This document shows positions 26,813 to 36,841 of a DNA stretch of 51,567 nt, piece by piece (within the stretch, counting starts at the first letter, position 1; each line of letters starts with the position of its first letter). Position numbers and translations under genes: made by a program. The stretch spans positions 1 to 51,567 of the IMG/VR virus record IMGVR_UViG_3300022913_000001. One strand, written 5' to 3'. Source of the DNA: a virus (lineage: Duplodnaviria; Caudoviricetes). The notes under the pieces were generated by a model that saw nothing but the letters and a program-made list of their open reading frames with translations, had not been told where the DNA came from and made no database searches.

Positions 26813-29800
26813 GTGCAGGTCATACTAACAACTAAATACCAGAAATTAAAAGATCTAGTAGACAGTGTTTCTACTAGCTATAAAATTCAGGTTACCGCAG
26901 GGCGAGTTTTAGCCCTCGAATCAACAATCGCCCCCGAACCATCATCAAGTGATGGCAATTCTTTCGGATTAGGCGAGTTTTTCACTTCAACAGCAGAACA
27001 AGGAGACCTTTATGTACGGGGGACGACCAGTCAAACCACAATAAATGTTATTGCAACATCGTCATTTAGTGCAGGAATAGCACCATTTACAGGTGCAACA
27101 GGTACCACAGATGGCGGAGGCTCTGGCGGTAGTGATTCAGCCGTTGAAGTCAAAGTAAAGTATGAGAGCAACCCAAACACAAATGCTTTTACCGATGATG
27201 AGAAAGAGAAATTAAGCAAATTAAGCGAGTCTTCCTTTGAAATATCGGGCATCACTCACAACTATAATAATAATCAATTAACAACAAGTATTACAGACAC
27301 TAACGGTACCGTTACTTCTAATTCTGTAACAATTGAAGCAGCAGATGTTGACGATGTAACGGGCGTGTCTATGGATTTGGTTGATGGCACTATATCAACC
27401 ACATTGACTAAAAAGAACGGCGGCGTTGTTAGCTCAATTCCAATTCCTTTACCTGAATCAAATGATGCAAAATCAATAGAAAATACCATTGCTTCAGGAC
27501 AGCTCAAAACCATCATCACTCTAACAGATGATACCGTATTAGAATCAACCCCAGTTAATTTACCAACAGGCGGTGGCGATGGTGGCGGAGTTACTCCAGA
27601 GCAATTAGATGAAGCAATAGCTGGAGCTAATGAATATGCAGATCAAGGGGATGCTACAACACTATTATCAGCCGAATTTTTAGCGGTTGAAAGCAATGTA
27701 TTATCTATTGAAAATGGCAAACTAAAATCAGTCATATCACAGGTTGACGGCACTAATATTGAATCTAATGAAGTAACTTTACCTACAGGTGGTTCAGTCA
27801 ATATAGATGCACCAGATAACACAGTAGTTAAAGTAATTGGTGGCGAGCTGGTGGCATCTGGTGTTATTGAACAAAACGGCAGTATACAAATAGCCCCATC
27901 TTCTGTTGAATTAGGTGCGCATAGATTATCTAGTATTGGTGACTCATTAGGCGTTAAGAGCTTAGCTACAGATCAACAAAGAGCGTTACTTTTCCAAGAT
28001 ATAACCAATGGCATTACTCAACGACCATATGTATATAAAATGATAAGCAATGCTTGGGAAAATGTAGAAAATATACCCAATAACACAGGCTCAATTACTA
28101 AAGCTAAGCAGATAATACAAGGTTTTGGTGCAGAAGGTTATTACATTATTAAGCCTGGAAGTTTGCTTTTTGAAACTGCTGAACCTACTACTGATTTTGT
28201 ATTTACCATATATGATTTTGATAAAAAAATATTTGAAAAAAAATATAATACTGAAAGTTCTAACGAAAAACTACTAATACATGATGCAATTATATTAGAT
28301 GGTGCAGCAGAGATATCTTTCTCAGTTACTGATTTAGAAGGCAACCCGATAGCTTTAAAAGGCTCCGAGGCAATAGATACTCAAAGATTTGCCTTTATAG
28401 TAAGAAATGCCGAGCGAGCTTATCTAGCTTACCAAGGCGAAGGTGGCGATGGCGGCGGCGGTACTGGAGATGTTACTCAAGAGCAATTAGATAATGCTAT
28501 TTTAGAAGCTAAACAGCATGCTAATCAAGGCGATGAAACAACTTTAGAATCTGCTAGAGAATTTGATATAAAATCATCTTTCTTGAGTTTAACCGACACT
28601 AATAAATTAAAAGGGCAAATCCATTTAAATAATGGCACAGTATTTAATACTAATGATATTAATTTGCCTGTAGCAGATATTACTAAAGCCGAAACTGAAC
28701 AAATGGTACACGATCGTACTGTATTTGGTAATGTTCTGAAAATAGAAGGCAACTATTTAACCAGCACAATTCAGTTAAATAACGGCATGCATATATTTTC
28801 TGACATTGTCAGTTTGCCAGATGGTACAGGTGTATCTCTACAGCAAGTAAGAGACATTGTAGACGACGAGACCAAAGATAAAGTTAGTCAAACAAAAGCC
28901 ACGATCGATTCTCTTTTACAAATATATAGTTTTGATAAAAACGATATGTATGCAGGATTGATCATTGCAGACAACCCCGATACTTTTAGTGACGATTACA
29001 GTGGGTTTATCATTGATAATGATGCTGGAGAAATTGGTTTTCGTTACATATTTAGAGAGGACGGAGAATTTTCGCAAAATACATCTGCTAAAATTATTAA
29101 AGACGAAAATAGATTTATATTCACTAATGTACCTAAAGTAAATGATATTTTTTTAGCTGACAGAGAATATGTTGACACCAAATCGTTTTTAACAAAAGTT
29201 GATCTTACTTTAAATGATAATATTATTGATTTAAATGAAGATTATACTGGGCAGAATGTTTTTGTACATGGCTCAGGTTTAGATTCAGGTTTAATATTAG
29301 ATGCTGCTAACTATAAAGATTATGAATTAATACAAATAACTAGGGCTAGCGATTACACTAATGCTGCTATACCTGTAACAATTAAAGAAGCAGATAAAAC
29401 AACACAATATTTAGTGCAGGGAACAACAACATTTGGTGTTTTTAACGGGCATTGGTTGATCTTAAGCGACGCTTCTGTTACTTTAGCAGAGATTAGCCAG
29501 CGTGCTGGTTTTCAGCAATACATCCAAATTAAGGCTGGTCAAGGCATGACTTCAAGCATTGATCAATTTGGTGTAATGACGCTTAATGTAGTTGGCGGCG
29601 GTGGTGGCAATCCTTCGTTTGAGATACCTGATAATACTGTACCTGTTATTGTTGATAAATTACCTGTTGCCAGTGCTATATCTGTAGAATTTGATCAGCT
29701 TATATCACCATATGGGCAGCAAATAGCAGGTCATATACTGGATTCTCGTGGTGAAGTATTGGCTACTAATAGTCATGCTAATGTTACTCAACCGATAGAT

Positions 29801-31837
29801 ACTATAGGTCGATATTCTAATCCTAAAATATTTAAAGAAGTCGAACTTGAGCAGCCATCTACATTTATTAATACTAGCATGCACGATGAGGCGATCGTAC
29901 ATCCTAGCGGACAAGAGATTGTTGTTCATAGTGAAGATTATAGTTACATACGCACAGAGCCTGACGCCATTCATTTTAGAACAGGTAAAATTATTCAGGG
30001 CTGTTTATTTTCCATATTAGATAATATTGGAAATTTAATTTATAAACATAAATCAAGCGAAACGCACAACTCTAATGCCGTAGTGTATATCCAATGCCCA
30101 AGTCTGACTTTAAGAGCTAACAAATCATACTTTTTTATAGTTACAGATTTAGAGGGCAACCCAATACCTTTGCTTGGCTCTGGTGATGTTCAGTCGTGGG
30201 TATTTAATTACCGCAATTTAACGCAACATGAGCTGTTAACAGATCAAGATTCAGTATTACCAGATGTTGCATCATTTATGCATCTTAAAACGCTGCAAGT
30301 AACCGATTTAACCGAATCATCTGGGATTACTTTTAACAGTAATGGTACTCTTGAAGTTAACGGTCAACTTAATATGCAAAACAAGCATATTCTTGAGCTA
30401 TCAGCAGCAGAACACGACCATGAAGCAACTAATCTAGGACAAGTAAAGTCTTTGATTGCTAATGCTGATTTTACTGGAAATATAAGCGTTGATGGACAAG
30501 AAGTTGAAGATATTCAGCTTAACGAAGATGCTTTTGTTTACAGCTACAATCCTGTAACTAAAGTTTTACACTTAGATACTAAGCAAAGCGGTGGCGGTAG
30601 TAGTACGGCTGATGGCACTGTAAACCCAATTGTTAGTGTAGACCAGATGGAAGGTTATTTAGTTGAGTTTGCTACAGCAGACGGTAAGTTTATTCGATCA
30701 TCTAATGTAAAATGGGCTGATATTCAAGCTGAACATGAACGCATTTGGGATAAGCTCGATCCTGCTTATAAAACAGCGATCACAGCTCAAACAGAGGCGG
30801 CGGCAAACACTCTAACTATTAGTCATACAAAACATGATTTGAGCCAACTTGAACGCAAAGTAACGCATAACCGCCTTACAAATGACGATCAAGCTTTGCG
30901 TATTGGGGAGCTACAAGTTGAGGATGCTCGTCAAGATAGGCATTTGAACAATCTCGACATAGATCATCAAAAAACTAAATCTACAGTAAGTAACCATCAA
31001 GTTTCATTAGATAGTGCTAATAGCAATATTGCTTCTTTACAATCACAGCAGGAAACTATTAATACAGAGCTATCTGCTTTAAATGCAGAAGTGCAAACGA
31101 TCACAGCATTACCTTTAGAAAGATTAGCTAAAGGCGAGTTTGAAACTAGTTTATATATAGCAGACAGTTTAGATTCGTTAACGGACACTTCTCATTTTAT
31201 AACTCCTTATGGTTCTGAAATAGATTTTCCTGCAACTCCATCACAAAGAACTGTAGAGCCTGCATATTCTATTAAGTTAAAAGTTGACGGAGTGAGCCAT
31301 GAAGCCTTAAAGCTTACTGCAACGGCAATCAGAGCTGGCACAAAACCTATTAAGGATGTGGTTGATGGTGTAGATGCTCAAGATGCAGCCACAGTAAATC
31401 AATTAGTTCCTATTAATGAAGCTATTTCTAAAATTCACGACCGTTTAAGCGTGATCGAGGCAATGCTTGGGATTATTAGTCCTCCAGCAGAGCAATTTCC
31501 TGTTTATGTTGGACGAATGGTTGAGGAAAGCACCAAAGATGCAGCAGTCATCAAAAGCATGGGGGTTGTATCAGGCGTGACAGAATCGACTTTGTTAACA
31601 ACTGATTATGTGGTGCCAGGGCATATAGCAACGCCAGAGTTACAGTTTAGTTACAGCGTGATTGCATATCCTAAAGGCGTGGTAAATCCTGATCCTATGT
31701 TTGTTGTGTATAACGGTTTACCAAAAGGCAGTCGCGAACACTACGAGCTTGTCATTGATGGCGTTATGTACATTGTGTTGCATAATCAATACCCAGATAG
31801 TTCAACAAATCCAATTAGTTACAAATTAGTCCAGTAA
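26813..31837 (+). CDS. Giant (1674 aa) fibre/adhesin-like structural protein
   Basis: Gly linkers, internally duplicated domains, coiled coil, and DAATV.QL / EATNLGQV fibre motifs. Confidence 0.7.
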   Translation: MQVILTTKYQKLKDLVDSVSTSYKIQVTAGRVLALESTIAPEPSSSDGNSFGLGEFFTSTAEQGDLYVRGTTSQTTINVIATSSFSAGIAPFTGATGTTDGGGSGGSDSAVEVKVKYESNPNTNAFTDDEKEKLSKLSESSFEISGITHNYNNNQLTTSITDTNGTVTSNSVTIEAADVDDVTGVSMDLVDGTISTTLTKKNGGVVSSIPIPLPESNDAKSIENTIASGQLKTIITLTDDTVLESTPVNLPTGGGDGGGVTPEQLDEAIAGANEYADQGDATTLLSAEFLAVESNVLSIENGKLKSVISQVDGTNIESNEVTLPTGGSVNIDAPDNTVVKVIGGELVASGVIEQNGSIQIAPSSVELGAHRLSSIGDSLGVKSLATDQQRALLFQDITNGITQRPYVYKMISNAWENVENIPNNTGSITKAKQIIQGFGAEGYYIIKPGSLLFETAEPTTDFVFTIYDFDKKIFEKKYNTESSNEKLLIHDAIILDGAAEISFSVTDLEGNPIALKGSEAIDTQRFAFIVRNAERAYLAYQGEGGDGGGGTGDVTQEQLDNAILEAKQHANQGDETTLESAREFDIKSSFLSLTDTNKLKGQIHLNNGTVFNTNDINLPVADITKAETEQMVHDRTVFGNVLKIEGNYLTSTIQLNNGMHIFSDIVSLPDGTGVSLQQVRDIVDDETKDKVSQTKATIDSLLQIYSFDKNDMYAGLIIADNPDTFSDDYSGFIIDNDAGEIGFRYIFREDGEFSQNTSAKIIKDENRFIFTNVPKVNDIFLADREYVDTKSFLTKVDLTLNDNIIDLNEDYTGQNVFVHGSGLDSGLILDAANYKDYELIQITRASDYTNAAIPVTIKEADKTTQYLVQGTTTFGVFNGHWLILSDASVTLAEISQRAGFQQYIQIKAGQGMTSSIDQFGVMTLNVVGGGGGNPSFEIPDNTVPVIVDKLPVASAISVEFDQLISPYGQQIAGHILDSRGEVLATNSHANVTQPIDTIGRYSNPKIFKEVELEQPSTFINTSMHDEAIVHPSGQEIVVHSEDYSYIRTEPDAIHFRTGKIIQGCLFSILDNIGNLIYKHKSSETHNSNAVVYIQCPSLTLRANKSYFFIVTDLEGNPIPLLGSGDVQSWVFNYRNLTQHELLTDQDSVLPDVASFMHLKTLQVTDLTESSGITFNSNGTLEVNGQLNMQNKHILELSAAEHDHEATNLGQVKSLIANADFTGNISVDGQEVEDIQLNEDAFVYSYNPVTKVLHLDTKQSGGGSSTADGTVNPIVSVDQMEGYLVEFATADGKFIRSSNVKWADIQAEHERIWDKLDPAYKTAITAQTEAAANTLTISHTKHDLSQLERKVTHNRLTNDDQALRIGELQVEDARQDRHLNNLDIDHQKTKSTVSNHQVSLDSANSNIASLQSQQETINTELSALNAEVQTITALPLERLAKGEFETSLYIADSLDSLTDTSHFITPYGSEIDFPATPSQRTVEPAYSIKLKVDGVSHEALKLTATAIRAGTKPIKDVVDGVDAQDAATVNQLVPINEAISKIHDRLSVIEAMLGIISPPAEQFPVYVGRMVEESTKDAAVIKSMGVVSGVTESTLLTTDYVVPGHIATPELQFSYSVIAYPKGVVNPDPMFVVYNGLPKGSREHYELVIDGVMYIVLHNQYPDSSTNPISYKLVQ

Positions 31838-31848
31838 GGGGAACAAGT

Positions 31849-34473
31849 ATGGCAATTAATATAGTTGACGAACTGGTATCGTTGATACCAATTAACGCAA
31901 TAAACGGTAAAGATGTTTCTAAAACAATCCTTGTTGATGTTAATGAAAATCCAATATTCATGAAGAATCGAGCTGTGTTACGCACAGCTGAAAAAAGGTT
32001 TGATATTTATGATGATAATGGACAATTATCATTTGCTATTCCTTTAAACGATTTTGATGACGCTGAAATACTGGCAGCTATTACCAGTATTAACGCCAGT
32101 ATTACTAAATTAGAATCAGATGTAGCAGAAGCAGGAACTACGGCTAATAATGCTAAAGCCCAGAGTGAGTTAAACAAGGAAGATATTGTTACTCTTACGA
32201 CCGTGGCTAATGCAGCAGATTCACTTTCTAAAAGCAACCAATCCAATTTAAACGAACTATCGACAACGGTTGGTGGTAATGCTGCTGCAATATCGGCTAA
32301 TACTAAAGGCATTGAAAACAATACTGCGGCTATTGCAGGCAAAACAGATCAAACAGACCACGATTCATTAGTTACAGCTGTTAGCAGCAAAGCTGAACAA
32401 AGTGAGCTAGCAACTGTTAAAGCTACTGCTAATGAAGCTAATGCATTGGCTAAAACAAACCAAGGCTCTATAACAACTATAAACTCTACTATAGGAGATA
32501 TTGAGACAGAGGTTTTAACTACTAAACAAATTGCTCAAAAAGCTGAGCAAGATGTAAATACTTTGGGTGTAACTGTTGGTAATAATACTACTCAAATAAC
32601 CAATAATACCAAAAACATTGGTGATAACACCACGGCAATTGATAGTAAAGCTAGTCAAACTGATTTAAATGCTGTATCAGCTACAGCAAATGCAGCAGAC
32701 TCAAGAAGCCAATCCAATGCTAGTAGTATTACTGGACTCAATTCTGCTGTTGATAATAACACCGCAACTATTGCTACAAAAGCTAATCAAAGTGAACTAA
32801 ATACTGTGGCAGGCACAGCAGGTGCAGCAGACTCAAGAAGCTTGTCAAATGAAGCAAAGTTAGCTGGCAAGGTCGAAACTGACTCAGATGCTTCTGTAAA
32901 TTCTTTGCATAATAAAACTGGTAATTACAACAGTGATGATAATTTCGACTTAAAAGTAAACGGCACAAATGTTCTTTCGGCTACTCAATCTGCAATATAT
33001 GCTAAAAAAAATCTAGTGTTTCAAGGCGATAACGCACTTATCAAAGGTTTAACCAATGCCGTTGAAAACAAAGATGCAATGAATAAGCAAAGCGTTGAGG
33101 CTTTAACTAATGCTTTAAGTGGTCGTATTGATCAAATTGCAGAGGGTGCAGGTGATGAGTCTGATTATATAAGCGTCCATGGATTCGATGGGCTGGTTTT
33201 TGAAGGACAAAATTTATTAGATTTTATAAAATCTAAAAATGGAGATACTGAATGCCATATTGTATTTAATGCGATAAGGCACGCAACTCCAGCGGCAAAT
33301 ACTGACGCAGCTCAATGGGTGATGCGTGAATACATTCATAGCGACCATCCTTTTTGGAATTTTTGCCCGACTAATATCAGGTTAAAAGACGGGCTTGTAA
33401 ATATCCAGCATACAAGCATTTTAGGAGTCAATGTAACTATTACCACTGAAAGTGAAATCTTATGCAAACAGATGCATTATAACTTTGGTACTGGTAGCAA
33501 TGGTCGAAGGAATGATTGGCAAATTTGGCATCCTAGAGTTAAAGGGTATGAAGGATTTAACATCGGGCAGGTGTTGACAGACACGGATGTTACTTGGTCT
33601 GTTTCTTCTAATGTTAGAACTAACATGCAAAGATTACGAGATGCAATACCGAATGGGTGTACTTATATAGGTTGGCATAATTATCAATCAAATAATAATC
33701 GATACAAAATTATTGCTAAAGGCAACAGCTCTAGCATAGAAGGTACAAGTGGATCTTTTATTATTTGGCGACATGGAGGCACAAGCAGCACATCAGGTTT
33801 ATATATTAACTCTGCAAGCACATCAGCAGAGGGGTGGGCTAGATCTTATATAGGTAACGCAAATGCCTGGGTAACATTTGGTAAACAGGAAAATAAAAGC
33901 ACAGCCACACGATTTGAAGGTGTTGATCAAATAACAATACCTTTTTATGAAGAACCGCCAGAGCTAAACCTTTATGTTATAGCCAGTTTTACCAATGATT
34001 TACTCCAAACTAAAGCTATAGATGCTGATGGTGAATATCTTAGCGTTGGGCGTTATGGTGTTAATTGGGATGGTACTTGGACTAGAGATGAAGCGTATCA
34101 TACTGCATATTACAAACAATCATCTAACACCTACATAGCATTCAATTACTCAACGCTAAAATGGAATAAATTTGTAGCCGCAAAGAGTCACGAAGCAGTT
34201 GGATTACAAGCAATTAGTTCCTTAATCTCTGAATTTAGCGAGAGATCTCAATTTCCACATCATGGTGACATTTACACCAATTTTGGTGATCTAGACGATT
34301 TACCTTATGAGCAAATCACTCAACCAACAATAGTGCATGATAACACCGCAAAAACATCAAAAATTAATTTTGGTGCAGCTAGATGGGGATATATCGAGGG
34401 CGGCGGCGTTCCAGATACTTCTGGTGAATATCCAGACGATGGTATGGATCCGATTGAAACAATTGAGGAATAA
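31849..34473 (+). CDS. Fibre protein with trimeric coiled-coil stalk and C-terminal globular domains
   Basis: N..I..NT..I..KA.Q..L repeats; DAMNK motif. Confidence 0.7.
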   Translation: MAINIVDELVSLIPINAINGKDVSKTILVDVNENPIFMKNRAVLRTAEKRFDIYDDNGQLSFAIPLNDFDDAEILAAITSINASITKLESDVAEAGTTANNAKAQSELNKEDIVTLTTVANAADSLSKSNQSNLNELSTTVGGNAAAISANTKGIENNTAAIAGKTDQTDHDSLVTAVSSKAEQSELATVKATANEANALAKTNQGSITTINSTIGDIETEVLTTKQIAQKAEQDVNTLGVTVGNNTTQITNNTKNIGDNTTAIDSKASQTDLNAVSATANAADSRSQSNASSITGLNSAVDNNTATIATKANQSELNTVAGTAGAADSRSLSNEAKLAGKVETDSDASVNSLHNKTGNYNSDDNFDLKVNGTNVLSATQSAIYAKKNLVFQGDNALIKGLTNAVENKDAMNKQSVEALTNALSGRIDQIAEGAGDESDYISVHGFDGLVFEGQNLLDFIKSKNGDTECHIVFNAIRHATPAANTDAAQWVMREYIHSDHPFWNFCPTNIRLKDGLVNIQHTSILGVNVTITTESEILCKQMHYNFGTGSNGRRNDWQIWHPRVKGYEGFNIGQVLTDTDVTWSVSSNVRTNMQRLRDAIPNGCTYIGWHNYQSNNNRYKIIAKGNSSSIEGTSGSFIIWRHGGTSSTSGLYINSASTSAEGWARSYIGNANAWVTFGKQENKSTATRFEGVDQITIPFYEEPPELNLYVIASFTNDLLQTKAIDADGEYLSVGRYGVNWDGTWTRDEAYHTAYYKQSSNTYIAFNYSTLKWNKFVAAKSHEAVGLQAISSLISEFSERSQFPHHGDIYTNFGDLDDLPYEQITQPTIVHDNTAKTSKINFGAARWGYIEGGGVPDTSGEYPDDGMDPIETIEE

Positions 34474-34475
34474 AA

Positions 34476-34703
34476 ATGATACTTAACGGAAAAGTAATTA
34501 GAGATGTTGGCGGCATTGAGATCACTAAAAGCAGCGAAAACCCAAGATACGCCATAACTCTACAACGAGGCAATTTACTAGCTAATAACGCTAAATTAGA
34601 GGCTATAGCAACCGCTAAAAGTGAGTTAGAAACACAGAGATTTATCAATGCTGTTTTTGCAGCAAACCAATACCCAAATCAACCACAAGTGTATATATTT
34701 TAG
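34476..34703 (+). CDS. Hypothetical protein
   Basis: RBS GAGGA; in the operon. Confidence 0.65.
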   Translation: MILNGKVIRDVGGIEITKSSENPRYAITLQRGNLLANNAKLEAIATAKSELETQRFINAVFAANQYPNQPQVYIF

Positions 34704-34711
34704 GAGCTGAT

Positions 34712-35149
34712 ATGACAACAAAAACAGTAGTTTACATGAATGAAACAAATATTGATTGGACTGCAAGGTTCATTGATGGTGAAGAGAGATCAATATTTAA
34801 TATATTAAAAAACAACAAATCACAACGAGCCACTATAACAATGCAAGATAATGCATTGCAAAAATTCGTATTTGGCGATTTTACTTTATCTGAATTAAAA
34901 GAGATTCAGCTGGTGGCTACCGTTGAGATCAATGGTGAAGTGGAAAAACAGGTGCTTGATTTTATTTACAGCGGTGGGCATTGGGATGTAATCCGAGCTT
35001 TTTACGGTGCTGAATTACCAATAGAAATAGCTGTGAATGCAGCTGATACCACAAACAACGATTACTTTTCTATCGATATTATCGGTAGCGGGTTGGGCAA
35101 CGATACTGCTCAAATTAATATATTTGCTCGAAGCAAGTTAACTAGTTAA
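34712..35149 (+). CDS. Hypothetical beta-rich protein
   Basis: RBS AGGAG; in the operon. Confidence 0.7.
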   Translation: MTTKTVVYMNETNIDWTARFIDGEERSIFNILKNNKSQRATITMQDNALQKFVFGDFTLSELKEIQLVATVEINGEVEKQVLDFIYSGGHWDVIRAFYGAELPIEIAVNAADTTNNDYFSIDIIGSGLGNDTAQINIFARSKLTS

Positions 35150-35167
35150 TTAAACGGAGAATATAAT

Positions 35168-36148
35168 ATGGCTCATTTAACAGAAAGACGCCCTGATTTA
35201 AAGCAAGTAAACCAAGTTTTGCAATTAGGCAATAGCTCAAACGGAACAGTCCTTAGATCAGAGTTAGAAGGAGTTCTTAAAGTATGGAAGCAAAATTTAA
35301 CTGATCTTGGTACAATTAAAGCAAGAGCAGGTGTTGAAGCTGATGATGTTGTCATCATGGAGCAATACAACGAGTTGTCCGCAAAAATTGCACAAATAGA
35401 AATAGTGCTTGCATCTGATGACGAAACGCTAAAAAAATTCCAAGATATGGTTGATTTTGTTAAAAATAACAGAACAGACATCGACAGTATCACCAGTATT
35501 GCTAATGCAGGTATTGCAGCTGTACAAGCTGATGTTGATCAAAATGAAATCGACAGCGATGCAGCTGATGCGGCTTTAGCAGCAAGAGCAACCGCACTAG
35601 AAGCATTCAAAGCGTTATTTGATAGCGCTATCAGTATTGTTCAGGACGGTGCTAATTGGGATACAATCATCAAACACGATTTGAATGTTAATGGCAATAT
35701 TCAATCTAATGGAACCCAGATATTTAACAGCACTACAAAGGAATTAAAGAATGTTGCTAGTGTTGATTCTGGTACAGATGCAGTGTTATCCGCTACTGGT
35801 ATAGCTTACACCGATACATTAGCTGCAAAGCATGCTATGAGATACAAAAAAGTTCTGCATTCAGACAGTGCTTCTGCTTATTTTGGATCTATAGTTAAAG
35901 CTGATATGTTTGTTACTAAAGTAACTATCAAGGTCAATACTGCTTTTGATGGTGGTGCTACATTGTCTATTGGCGACGACAACGATCTTACTTTGTTTGG
36001 CGATTTAGTTGCTGCTGATATGGGTAGTGTTGGTGTTTATTCGTTACCAATAATCATGAAAATGACTGCTGATAAACAACCTAAATATACTGTTTCTGGT
36101 TCACCTACTCAAGGTGACTTGGAAATATTCCTAGAAGTTTCTGCATAA
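35168..36148 (+). CDS. Putative virion structural protein (coiled coil plus C-terminal beta-sandwich)
   Basis: DD.TL..FQ..VDFVK.N and V.TAFDGG..LSIG motifs. Confidence 0.6.
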   Translation: MAHLTERRPDLKQVNQVLQLGNSSNGTVLRSELEGVLKVWKQNLTDLGTIKARAGVEADDVVIMEQYNELSAKIAQIEIVLASDDETLKKFQDMVDFVKNNRTDIDSITSIANAGIAAVQADVDQNEIDSDAADAALAARATALEAFKALFDSAISIVQDGANWDTIIKHDLNVNGNIQSNGTQIFNSTTKELKNVASVDSGTDAVLSATGIAYTDTLAAKHAMRYKKVLHSDSASAYFGSIVKADMFVTKVTIKVNTAFDGGATLSIGDDNDLTLFGDLVAADMGSVGVYSLPIIMKMTADKQPKYTVSGSPTQGDLEIFLEVSA

Positions 36149-36183
36149 AAAAAAACCCTAGGTTTTAACGCCTAGGGTTGTTC
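36148..36183. terminator. Bidirectional terminator between convergent operons
   Basis: A-run, AACCCTAGG-loop-CCTAGGGTT, then T-rich sequence. Confidence 0.8.
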
Positions 36184-36198
36184 CTTTAAGGTAGGTTG

Positions 36199-36714
36199 TT
36201 ATTTATTTTTATTAGCAATCTTAAGTAAAGACTCGGTTAGCTTTTCTCTTTTCTCATGCTCACCGCTATCACCTGTTAAAGCCAATTTTAACCAAGCAGA
36301 GAAGTCTGCCAATAAATACCTATGATTTTCAAAACCAAAATCTTTTGCAAAGTCTTGCATTAAAAACAAAACGTTTCGGAGTGTAACAGTGCTATCAGGC
36401 TTGTTTTTAATCTTGGTGTTGTATTTTATGCTCAACTCAAGATCAGAGATTAATACATGAAGCAAACATTCTGCTTGCTTAAAGCTAGCATCGGCACATG
36501 TCTCAAGCTCACGATCTAATCTTTTAATAGAAAAGTTTTGATTTAACATTGCCCAATCTGCCAACAACCGATTTCTTTGTTCAGGATTTGCTGCTTTAGC
36601 TTTGTTAATAATTGCCAACTGAGCGTTTTTGTGAGCAAGCATCATTTCAAAATGCTGAATTTTTTTAGTAACAGTTGACTCTGTTGCAATGATGTTTTGT
36701 AATTTAGTGTTCAT
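36199..36714 (-). CDS. Hypothetical helical protein
   Basis: RBS TAAGGA, own promoter cassette. Confidence 0.75.
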   Translation of the reverse strand: MNTKLQNIIATESTVTKKIQHFEMMLAHKNAQLAIINKAKAANPEQRNRLLADWAMLNQNFSIKRLDRELETCADASFKQAECLLHVLISDLELSIKYNTKIKNKPDSTVTLRNVLFLMQDFAKDFGFENHRYLLADFSAWLKLALTGDSGEHEKREKLTESLLKIANKNK

Positions 36715-36748
36715 AATATTATCCTTATTTAATTTTGTTTAACTTAAT

Positions 36749-36787
36749 TGTTATAATTAATTATAACAGGTTTATTTATTAATGCAA
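36749..36787 (-). promoter_or_regulatory. Repeated early promoter cassette
   Basis: TTGCAT-16 bp-TATAAT with extended TG, inside the 20-bp palindrome. Confidence 0.8.
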
Positions 36788-36841
36788 GTATTAATGCAAA
36801 AAAAAATTTAGGCGTTAACCTAGGGTTGTTCTTAAATTGTT

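Noticed and set aside
21252-36148. Diversity-generating retroelement or invertase-switched fibres
   Set aside because: No reverse transcriptase, recombinase or TR/VR pair seen; the fibre duplications are diverged and not adenine-specific.
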